DNA from: Thermoanaerobaculia bacterium
GTDB taxonomy: Bacteria; Acidobacteriota; Thermoanaerobaculia; UBA5066; Gp7-AA6
Assembly (NCBI GenBank): GCA_038239305.1
Contig: JBBSEW010000003.1
Location: 51,022 to 115,021 of the forward strand
Length of the DNA: 64,000 nt
Reading direction: 5' to 3'
Each line of letters begins with the position of its first letter. Position 1 is the stretch's first letter. The notes beneath the pieces were generated by a model, which searched no databases, was not told the DNA's origin, and saw only the letters and a program-made list of their open reading frames with translations. The position numbers and the translations under genes were made by a program. Of the stretch, positions 52,123 through 59,795 are shown piece after piece.

Positions 52123-53667
52123 CTATCTCTCCGACTCGATTGCGCGTGCGATGGCGGGATCGAGCCCGGGGAATTTCACCAGCCAGTCCCGGCGCTCCTC
52201 CCGGAGCTTTTCGACGAGCTCCCGGTACTCGGAGTCGGAGTATCGCGTTCCCGGCGTGTACTTCTCGAGGTCTACTCCCGGGACGTCGGTCGGGACCTCG
52301 TAGCCCCAGTCAGGATCGGTATCCCAGCGGATGCCCTCTTTGGCAATCTGCTTCATGATCTCCGTGGACACGCGGATCGTGATTTTCTCTCCGGCTCTGT
52401 CCGCGCGCGCCCCGACCGACCCCGTGTTGAGGATGTAGGCCTGCATGTCGGGGTTTTCGCGCAGGATCTGCAGGAGCCGGTTGCCCTCGTCGGCCTCCGG
52501 GCCCACGATGAACGGATTCGTTCCGACCTCGCGTTTGGCCTGCCCGGCTTTCGTCGGGTCTCCGGCGGACGTTTCGATCGACTCGCCCAGCATGAAGTAC
52601 GCCGCGGCCTGCTCGGGCGTGAGCCGCGCGCAGACCGGGACGATGTCGTTGCGCCGGGTGATGAAGACGATCTTGTTCGCCTTCGGGAGGTCGATTCCGT
52701 CGCTCGTGCCGCGGATGAAACGCCGCAGCACGACTCCCCGTCCGTTCGACGTGATCGACGTGTCGAGGAAATCCACCTTCCCGGAATCATCCACCCGGAT
52801 GTTCTCGTACGTCGCCGACGCGTGCGTCGCGGCGCCCCAGAGAACGGTCTGCGACGGTTCCAGGCCCTCGGTCTTGATGTAGAAGCCGTCCTCGGTGCCG
52901 AACGCCCGGCCCCCCCGGGTGAGAAGAACCACGTCGTCCTGCTTGATGATCGCGGCCTCCGGGGGCTGAAGCCCGTGGTCGTGGAGCGTCAGGGTCGTCT
53001 TGCCCGTCCCCGACAGGCCGAAGAGAAGGAACCCGACGTCCGAGAGCGTCCCGTCGGGACCCGCGACGCGAAGGATCTTCGAGCCGGCGTGCAGCCCCAG
53101 CCCTCCGCGCCTCTTGATCCAGTACATCGCCTGGCGGAGCATCGACTTCTTGGCCTCGCCGGGGTAATCGCTGCCGAGGATGTAGGTGTATCCCTGCGTG
53201 ACGTCGCAGAAGATCAGTCGCTCCGGCCAGTCGGGCACGTACACCGAAACGAAATCAGGCTCGTGCGTCGAGTCCGACTCGAACAGCATGTTGTGCCACA
53301 TGTACGCGATGCGCGCGTATTCGACGGGGACGAAGAGCCGGCAGCGGAGAGTCGCTTCCGGGTTGTCGCCCATGCGGCGGTCCACCTGAACGAGGTCCAT
53401 CCCGAGGAGCGCTTCCTGGACTTTCCGAACCGTCTCCTCCGCTTTCGCCCGGTCGATCGGCTGCTGCATCACGCCGACCGGAACGTCCGACACCACGTAG
53501 GTGTTCTTCGCGGACCGGTTCTTGACGCGCGTCGCGTAGACCGGGGAGCCGTACTCCGTCGTTTTCTCTCCCGAGCGGGCGAGAGCGCGCAGCTCGTCTC
53601 CCGGCAGATCCTTGCGGATCGTTCGGGCGCGGATCGTGCGGGGCGACGCGGTCTCGGTGGTGCTCAT
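52123..53667 (-). CDS. pckA: Phosphoenolpyruvate carboxykinase (ATP)
   Basis: 514 aa. Kinase-1a motif GLSGTGKTTL and the PEPCK-ATP blocks FITRRNDIVP and NTGSVG. Confidence 0.9.
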   Translation of the reverse strand: MSTTETASPRTIRARTIRKDLPGDELRALARSGEKTTEYGSPVYATRVKNRSAKNTYVVSDVPVGVMQQPIDRAKAEETVRKVQEALLGMDLVQVDRRMGDNPEATLRCRLFVPVEYARIAYMWHNMLFESDSTHEPDFVSVYVPDWPERLIFCDVTQGYTYILGSDYPGEAKKSMLRQAMYWIKRRGGLGLHAGSKILRVAGPDGTLSDVGFLLFGLSGTGKTTLTLHDHGLQPPEAAIIKQDDVVLLTRGGRAFGTEDGFYIKTEGLEPSQTVLWGAATHASATYENIRVDDSGKVDFLDTSITSNGRGVVLRRFIRGTSDGIDLPKANKIVFITRRNDIVPVCARLTPEQAAAYFMLGESIETSAGDPTKAGQAKREVGTNPFIVGPEADEGNRLLQILRENPDMQAYILNTGSVGARADRAGEKITIRVSTEIMKQIAKEGIRWDTDPDWGYEVPTDVPGVDLEKYTPGTRYSDSEYRELVEKLREERRDWLVKFPGLDPAIARAIESER

Positions 53668-53720
53668 AAAAGCTCTCCGTGGCCCTCCTGCGGGGAGAAC
53701 GTTATATCAGGCGTCCGCTC

Positions 53721-54290
53721 TCACATCTCGGCACGGATGACGTAGCGCAGCGGTCCGCCGGGAGTGATGGCGTCGAACGGATAGCAGGTCACGAGCGTCA
53801 GCGCATACCCCTCCGTCCGTTCGAGCGCCCGCGTGTTCGCACGGTCGACGATGCCGGTTTCGGAAACGCGATACACGTGACGCCGGCCGTCGGGCGTTTC
53901 GAGCACCACGGAATCTCCCGGGACGAGGCCTCGGAGGCAGGCGAACTGAGTGTCGCGGTGAGCGGACAGCACGCAGTTGCCGGGCTCGCCGGGCGAGGCG
54001 CTCCCGTCGAGATGGCCGGGCCCGAATGCCAGGGTCCGGCCCGACGCGCCGGACAGCACGATGAAGTCCGCCCCCGCCCCCGCCGACGGGATCGAGAGCC
54101 GGGCGACGGGCCACGTGTCCGCGGAAGGCCAGGGCTTGACCCCGCGCTCGCCCGCCCGCGTGCGGGCCCAGGCCCTGTGGAGGAGCACCTGCGCCAGGCG
54201 CGCTTTTCCGTAAATCCCGAGGCCGTGACCGAAGAGGGCGATTCCCAGTCCGAGCGCGGCGGCTGCCACGACGGGGACCCGGCGCTTCAT
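53721..54290 (-). CDS. Sortase of the Gram-negative 'dedicated sortase system' type
   Basis: The ATG at 54290 overlaps the target-gene stop (ATGA). N-terminal TM, catalytic His (LSAHRD), TLVTC active-site motif and a C-terminal Arg (RYVIRAE). Confidence 0.8.
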   Translation of the reverse strand: MKRRVPVVAAAALGLGIALFGHGLGIYGKARLAQVLLHRAWARTRAGERGVKPWPSADTWPVARLSIPSAGAGADFIVLSGASGRTLAFGPGHLDGSASPGEPGNCVLSAHRDTQFACLRGLVPGDSVVLETPDGRRHVYRVSETGIVDRANTRALERTEGYALTLVTCYPFDAITPGGPLRYVIRAEM

Positions 54291-56488
54291 GACCGGGCTC
54301 CGGTTCCGTTGGGAAAGGAGTAGCTCGAGCGGAAGCGGCCGTGCGCGCGAGCGTGGACGAGGAAGAGGAGGAGCCCGAGACCGATGAGCCCCGAGCCGAG
54401 GAGCAGGCAGAGCGTTCCCGGCGTGGCGGTCCGGGGCATCTCGCCGAAGACGTGCTCGGCGCTCCAGCCGTCCGGCAGGTTCACGGGGATCGGCCGTGCC
54501 ACGCATGCCTGACTCGTCTGGCCTTGCGGGCCGGCTGCCGGGGTGACATCGACGGCGACGAGACTCGTGAATTCCGAAACGAGGTGGTGCGCCAGGGCCA
54601 CGGGGAGAACCTGCGCGCGCACGGCTTCCCGCGTCGGTCCGTCGGAGCCCGCCGTGAGCGCGTCCATCAACGCCGCGATCTTCCGGCTGGCCCAGAGCCG
54701 GTGGACTCCCGAATCGGGCGATCCGGCCGAGAACATCAGGCGCGTGGACCAGGGCCCGTCGGCCCTCCGGCCTCCGATCGTCACGGCGCCTCGCGAGGAA
54801 GCCAGGCGGACCGCGAGGATGAGGGGCTCGCCCGCATACACGTCCGGAAGCTTTGCCGGCCACATCTCCGCGGACGGGTCGTCGAACTGGACCTCGAGAT
54901 TCGTGAGCACAGGCGACTCGAGCTTCCGGAAGAGGTCCGCCATCTTTGTCTCGACCTCGGCCGGGCTCGCTATGTACGTGAAGGTGCCGCGCCCGAACTC
55001 GGCGGCCTTTGTCATGAAGTGGGAATTCGGCGCCGAGCCGAGACCGACGGTGAACAGGCGGCTGTTGCCGAGGTGCTCGCGGATGAATCGGAAGAGGGCT
55101 TCTTCGTTCGATACGCCCCCGTCGGTCATGAACAGGACCTGCCGGACGTTTTCTTCGCCGGACGGGCTCTCGAGCGCGGCCGCGAGCGCGGGCAGCATCT
55201 CCGTGCCGCCCTGCGCCTCGAGCCGGGAGACCCAACGGACGGCCGCGTCGATCTCGGCCGGCAGCGCGCGCCGGCAGTCGGGAAAGAGCCGCCGCGTGAC
55301 GCTGTTGAACTCGATGACGTTGAAACGGTCCTCCGGGCCGAGTCTCTTCAGCGCGAGAGTCAGGGCTCGCCGGGCACCGTCGATCGACGTGCCGTGCATG
55401 GACCCCGACGTGTCGATGACGAAGACCGTCTCGCGCGGGAGCCGGACTTCGGGAGCCGCTTCGGCCGCCGGCGGAACGACCATCATGAGAGCGAACGCTT
55501 CGCCGGTGAGCTCCTGCGTGAAGACGGCCGCCTTCGGTTCGCGCCCGAGGTCGAGAGACCACGACACCTCGAGATCGCGATCCGCGAACACCGTCTCGTC
55601 CGAAAGGGTGACCGCGTAGCGCGATTCCTGGAGAAGCGCGGTGTGGAGAGCATGCGTCCCGCTCGAGACGTCCCTCAGCGGAAATCCGGCGTCGAGATCC
55701 AGCGTGACGTGGATCGCGTTGACCTTTCCGTCGCTCGCATCCGGACGAAGAACGGGCGGCGTGATCCGGGAAGCGTCCGGGACCGCGTCGGTGTCGGGGG
55801 ACCAGCCCGTTCCGGTTCGAGCCTTCCCGTCCGTCGCGAGCGTCGATCCCGGCACGTACCGGGGGCCGACCACGGTCGGGAAGCGGAGGCGAAAACGGCC
55901 CTGGTCGTACCGCAGTGCCTGCTGATAGACGACGTCGACGCGGACGTCCTCGTCCGGCCCGATGCCCGAGACCGACATGGTGAACACGTTCGGCCGCTCC
56001 TGCTCGAGCAGCGACGCCTTGCGGCCTTCCGACCGGGCCTGTTCGTAGACCTGCCTGGCGTCCTGCCGCTCCCGGATCTCGGCCTCGATGATCCGTCCCC
56101 CGATCGTCATCCGGAGCTCGTCCACGGCCGCGTCCTCGGGAAGCGGAAACACGTAGATGCCTTCGACACACGTTCCCGTGGCGTTGTGGAAACGCTGCGA
56201 GACTTCTCCTCGCGCGATCATGCCGGTCACCCGGATGCGGACGTCGGTTTCCACCGAAGGCGCAGGCAGGAAAGCGCCCGGCGAAGACGTCTTCCAGAGG
56301 AGCGAGGCCTGCGTGACCTCGTTCATGCGGACCGGCGTCGAGAGGACCTGTCCGCGGGCATGCGACGCCGAGAGCGCGCCGAGCAGGAGGAGGAGAACCA
56401 CCTGCAGGATCCTCCAGGCGAGTGTGGCGGTGGCGGTGGCGGTGGCGGTGGCGGTGGCGGCTAGGGGCTCCAGGCGAGTGCGGTTCAT
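54287..56488 (-). CDS. Sortase target protein with VIT and von Willebrand factor A domains and a C-terminal sorting signal
   Basis: Signal peptide; VIT block (VSQRFHNATGTCVEGIYVFPLPEDAAVDELRM); vWA MIDAS motif (VIDTSGSMHG...GGTEM...MTDG). The C-terminus is MPRTATPG, then a 20-aa hydrophobic segment, then HARAHGR. Confidence 0.8.
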   Translation of the reverse strand: MNRTRLEPLAATATATATATATLAWRILQVVLLLLLGALSASHARGQVLSTPVRMNEVTQASLLWKTSSPGAFLPAPSVETDVRIRVTGMIARGEVSQRFHNATGTCVEGIYVFPLPEDAAVDELRMTIGGRIIEAEIRERQDARQVYEQARSEGRKASLLEQERPNVFTMSVSGIGPDEDVRVDVVYQQALRYDQGRFRLRFPTVVGPRYVPGSTLATDGKARTGTGWSPDTDAVPDASRITPPVLRPDASDGKVNAIHVTLDLDAGFPLRDVSSGTHALHTALLQESRYAVTLSDETVFADRDLEVSWSLDLGREPKAAVFTQELTGEAFALMMVVPPAAEAAPEVRLPRETVFVIDTSGSMHGTSIDGARRALTLALKRLGPEDRFNVIEFNSVTRRLFPDCRRALPAEIDAAVRWVSRLEAQGGTEMLPALAAALESPSGEENVRQVLFMTDGGVSNEEALFRFIREHLGNSRLFTVGLGSAPNSHFMTKAAEFGRGTFTYIASPAEVETKMADLFRKLESPVLTNLEVQFDDPSAEMWPAKLPDVYAGEPLILAVRLASSRGAVTIGGRRADGPWSTRLMFSAGSPDSGVHRLWASRKIAALMDALTAGSDGPTREAVRAQVLPVALAHHLVSEFTSLVAVDVTPAAGPQGQTSQACVARPIPVNLPDGWSAEHVFGEMPRTATPGTLCLLLGSGLIGLGLLLFLVHARAHGRFRSSYSFPNGTGARS

Positions 56489-56567
56489 GGCGGTTTCCCT
56501 CCGAGGCCCATTCGAGCGCGCGCGGGAAGCACGGGCGTGGAGGCGGCGGGGAGATTCGGCGGCTGTT

Positions 56568-56585
56568 TGTGGCGAAAATGTGGCG
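56568..56585. promoter_or_regulatory. Direct repeat TGTGGCG-AAAA-TGTGGCG (11-bp register), candidate OmpR-family operator
   Basis: Direct reading. It lies in the 136-bp divergent region between the target/sortase operon and the RR/HK operon, 40 nt upstream of the RR ATG. Confidence 0.3.
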
Positions 56586-56624
56586 GCGCTTTCCGCCGCC
56601 CGGAAAGCACGGGAGAATGCGCGC

Positions 56625-57335
56625 ATGCGATCCGCCACGCCGGAAACGGTTGCGTTCGTCGAGGATGAAGCCACGATCCGGGAGACCGTGTCCTTCGCCC
56701 TGAAGCGCGAGGGTTATCGCGTGCGTCTCTTTTCCGACGGTCGGGAGGCGTGGGAGTCCTTCGAGAAGGAGCTCCCCGGTCTCGCCATCCTGGACATCGT
56801 GCTGCCGCGCATGGACGGCCTCGAGCTCTGCCGGAAGCTGCGCGCGCGATCCGAGGCTCTCCCCATCATCTTCCTGAGCTCTCGCGACGAGGAGCTCGAC
56901 CGCGTCCTCGGACTGGAGCTCGGCGCGGACGACTATCTCTGCAAGCCGTTCTCGATGCGGGAGCTCGTGACGCGCGTGAAGGTGCTCTTTCGCCGCGCCG
57001 CTCTGGCGCGATCGAGCACCCTGCCGGCGCCGGAGAAGATGCTCTCGGAAGGGGCGCTCGAGCTCGACCTGGACCGATACACGGCAAAGTGGGAAGGGTC
57101 GCTCGTGCCTCTGACCGTCACGGAGTTCCTCCTTCTGCTGGCTCTCGCGAAGCATCCCGGGCACGTCAAGACGCGGCGCCAGCTCATGGAGGAGGCGTAT
57201 CCCCACGACGCGTTCGTGAGCGAGCGGACGATCGACAGCCACGTGAAGCGGCTGCGGCGCAAGTTCGAGGAGCGCGAGACGGAGTTCTCGAAGATCGAGA
57301 CGGTCCACGGCCTCGGCTACCGCTACGGGGAATAG
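56625..57335 (+). CDS. OmpR/PhoB-family response regulator (receiver plus winged-helix)
   Basis: ATG at 56625. Receiver Asp in LAILDIVLP, and a C-terminal trans_reg_C domain (TVTEFLLLLALAKHPGHVKTRRQL...VHGLGYRY). Confidence 0.9.
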   Translation: MRSATPETVAFVEDEATIRETVSFALKREGYRVRLFSDGREAWESFEKELPGLAILDIVLPRMDGLELCRKLRARSEALPIIFLSSRDEELDRVLGLELGADDYLCKPFSMRELVTRVKVLFRRAALARSSTLPAPEKMLSEGALELDLDRYTAKWEGSLVPLTVTEFLLLLALAKHPGHVKTRRQLMEEAYPHDAFVSERTIDSHVKRLRRKFEERETEFSKIETVHGLGYRYGE

Positions 57336-57406
57336 GGGGGCGCGGATTGAAAGGGGTCGGGGCGGATCCTTCGCCGGTGGCGGCGGGCTCGAAGAAGTCC
57401 CGGCGC

Positions 57407-59029
57407 ATGCCCGCCGGGCTTTCTGTCCGCCTTCTCGCCTTCAACCTGCTTCTCGTCTTCCTCCCCGCGGCGGGTTTTCTCTATCTCGACACCTACGAGA
57501 AGCAGCTCCTCGAGGCCCAGGAACGGGCGATGGTCCAGCAGGGGCGCGTCCTGTCGGCGGCGCTGTCGGAGCGGGGCGCGCCGTCCGCGTCGGCCGTAGG
57601 CCGGATCCTGGCGCTTCTGAACCGGCGGATCGAATCGCGGATTCGCGTGGTCGACGCGGAGGGGCGGGTCCTCGGGGACTCGAGCCGCCTCGGCCCGCGT
57701 TCCGAGAAGGGGCCGGAGAAGGAGAAGGAGAAGGAGAAGGAGAAGGAGACAGGGAGGGAGAAGGCCATGGGGGAGCCGGCAGGGCGCAGCCGCTTTCTGT
57801 ACCGGACCGGGGCCGCTCTCTACTCTGTCGCGTCTGTCGCGAAGCGGATCGCGCTCCCCCCGGAGCCGCCTGCGGCCGCGCCGAGCGAGCCCACGGACGC
57901 GGAGGGCCGGCTCTCGGGGCGGGAGGTGCGGGCGGCGCTCGCCGGCCGATATGGAACGACAGTCCGCACGTCCGCGGGAGGCCAGCGCTCGGTCACGCTC
58001 TACAGCGCGATTCCGATCATGAGCGGCGGGCGTCCGACGGGCGCCGTGCTCGTGTCCCAGTCGACCTATCGGATCCTCCAGGATCTTTACTCGATCCGGC
58101 TCGGGGTCTTCCAGGTATGCCTCGCCTCGGTCGTCGTCGCCGTCCTGCTGTCGTTCCTCGCCTCGGCGACCATCGCCCGTCCGCTGCGCCGCCTGCGGGA
58201 CGAGTCCGCGGCAATCCTAGACCGGCGGGGAAGGCTCCGCGGGAACTTCCGGCGCTCGGAGAAAGCGGACGAGATCGGCGACCTTTCGCGAGCGCTGCAC
58301 GACCTGACGAGACGGCTCGAGGAGTACCAGGGCTTCCTGGAAACCTTCGCGGCAGACGTGTCGCACGAGTTCAAGAACCCGCTCGCTTCGATTCGGACCG
58401 CCGCCGAGATGATGGCCGAGGCGGAGAATCCCGCAGATCGCCGGCGGTTTCTCGCGATGGCCCAGGGTGAAGTGCGCCGCATGGAGCGGCTCCTGTCCGA
58501 CCTGAAGGAAATGACGCGGATCGATGCGCGCCTCGAATCGGAAGGCGAGGAGACGGTGTCCCTGACCGCCCTGCTGGAGCGTCTGTGCGAGGGCTATCGC
58601 CTGCGCGGGACGAGAACCCGCTTTCTCTTCGAGTCGCCGGCGGAGGCGGTGGGAGTCCAGGCGTCGGAGGAGAGGCTGGCCCAGGTGTTCGAGAACCTGC
58701 TCGACAACGCCGCGAGCTTCTCGCCGGACGAGGGAGAGGTGAGCATCCGGGTCTTGCGGGAGCAGGGAGCGGCCACCGTGACCGTGTCCGACCGAGGTCC
58801 CGGGATCCCGCCGGAACACTTCCATCGGATCTTCGACCGCTTCTTCACGTGGAGACCGGCCGAGCGAGCCCGTTCCCGCGAACATTCCGGCCTCGGCCTC
58901 GCGATCGTCAAGACAATCGTGGAGGGCTATGGCGGAAGCGTCGAAGCGGGGAATCGGGAAGGAGCGGGAGCCGTGTTCACCGTCCGCATCCCGGCATCGC
59001 GGACGGGGGTGTTCCGGAAGAACGCATAG
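57407..59029 (+). CDS. Sensor histidine kinase (two TMs, periplasmic sensor, HAMP, HisKA, HATPase_c)
   Basis: H-box VSHEFKNPL, N-box LLDNAASFS, G-boxes DRGPGI and GLGLAIV. The TTG at 57347 is the alternative start. Confidence 0.85.
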   Translation: MPAGLSVRLLAFNLLLVFLPAAGFLYLDTYEKQLLEAQERAMVQQGRVLSAALSERGAPSASAVGRILALLNRRIESRIRVVDAEGRVLGDSSRLGPRSEKGPEKEKEKEKEKETGREKAMGEPAGRSRFLYRTGAALYSVASVAKRIALPPEPPAAAPSEPTDAEGRLSGREVRAALAGRYGTTVRTSAGGQRSVTLYSAIPIMSGGRPTGAVLVSQSTYRILQDLYSIRLGVFQVCLASVVVAVLLSFLASATIARPLRRLRDESAAILDRRGRLRGNFRRSEKADEIGDLSRALHDLTRRLEEYQGFLETFAADVSHEFKNPLASIRTAAEMMAEAENPADRRRFLAMAQGEVRRMERLLSDLKEMTRIDARLESEGEETVSLTALLERLCEGYRLRGTRTRFLFESPAEAVGVQASEERLAQVFENLLDNAASFSPDEGEVSIRVLREQGAATVTVSDRGPGIPPEHFHRIFDRFFTWRPAERARSREHSGLGLAIVKTIVEGYGGSVEAGNREGAGAVFTVRIPASRTGVFRKNA

Positions 59030-59358
59030 CTGTCCGCTCTCGGCTCAAAAACGGGGGATTCCAAGCGATTCGGTTTCTCGTTTCCCCATTGTGAGGTCGT
59101 CTCGCGCCGAGACGCCCGGGGCCGTCCGCCCTCCACTCCGTCGACACGGCGCGGCTCTGGATGCGTGAGAAGAGAGATGGCAGCCGCGCCTCCGCGAAAT
59201 CGGCGCAGGAGCAGCGCGGCGAGGCCAACGGATGGGTGTGCGCCGATTTCGAGGGTCTCCTCCGGGAGGGCTACCGGCCCCGGGCTCGCGTTTGCTGAAA
59301 GAGTGAGACGGGCAAGTCTCTCGTACTTGTTCCAAGAGACGCACTCCGCGGAAGACCG

Positions 59359-59398
59359 GATCTCGCGATCTCATGATCTCGCGATCGATCGAACTATC
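59359..59398. repeat. 8-bp tandem array (GATCTCGC, GATCTCAT, GATCTCGC, GATCGATC, GAACTATC)
   Basis: Direct reading. The reverse complement of 59359..59398 matches 2476..2515 with one mismatch over 40 nt. Confidence 0.95.
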
Positions 59399-59680
59399 GA
59401 GTTGAGGAGAATCTGGAGGCGCAATAGACCCCGGCTCGCCCGTAACGAAAGTCTCCCTGGAGCCCGCCGCCGGCGGAGCCTCCCTTCCGAGGCCATGAGT
59501 GAGGGAGCACACCGAACTCGAACTATCGCCTCTCGGCGAGTGCGACCGAACGACGAGCGGCGGCCCGGTTCTCCTCGAGCGGCAAGGCCGACGCGTGCCT
59601 CGGGAGGGAGGCGTAGTCGGCGGCGGGCGGATCGGCGGCGCTCACGCCCTTTCCTCGATATCCCGGCATGGTTCGCAAGA

Positions 59681-59698
59681 TGCACATCAAACTGTGCA
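59681..59698. promoter_or_regulatory. Perfect palindrome TGCACA-TCAAAC-TGTGCA upstream of the glnA promoter
   Basis: Direct reading, ~40 nt upstream of the putative -35. It resembles the TGCAC..GTGCA half-sites of NtrC-type enhancers but has one extra spacer nt. Confidence 0.3.
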
Positions 59699-59736
59699 TG
59701 ATTGTTCAAAACGAGGCCGATTTCGGTTCCCTTGGC

Positions 59737-59764
59737 TTGACTTTCTGCAGGGTGTCACTAGAAT
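59737..59764 (+). promoter_or_regulatory. Sigma70-like promoter for glnA (TTGACT-N16-TAGAAT)
   Basis: -35 at 59737..59742 and -10 at 59759..59764. GGAGG at 59786..59790 precedes ATG 59796. Confidence 0.4.
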
Positions 59765-59795
59765 CGTGGCCTTCTTGCAAAAAATGGAGGTCAGC

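Noticed and set aside
53721-57308. 1195-aa minus-strand ORF that seems to fuse the sortase with a long upstream region.
   Set aside because: Only the last 189 codons (from the ATG at 54290) are sortase-like. The upstream part is an out-of-frame read-through of the target gene and antisense to the response regulator, with Arg-rich nonsense composition.
59045-59709. ORFs 59045..59512 (-), 59165..59701 (+), 59371..59709 (-) and a 49-aa minus-strand ORF starting at 59669, considered as possible genes in the long glnA upstream region.
   Set aside because: All have Arg/Pro/Ser-rich composition, no motifs and no ribosome-binding sites, and they overlap one another in different frames. None is convincing as coding.
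59731-59776. Sigma54 (-24/-12) promoter upstream of glnA (TGGCTTGACTTTCTGCA and TGGCCTTCTTGCA).
   Set aside because: The GG-to-GC spacing is one nt too long in the first candidate and three nt too short in the second, relative to TGGCAC-N5-TTGCW. A sigma70-like TTGACT-N16-TAGAAT fits the same region better.
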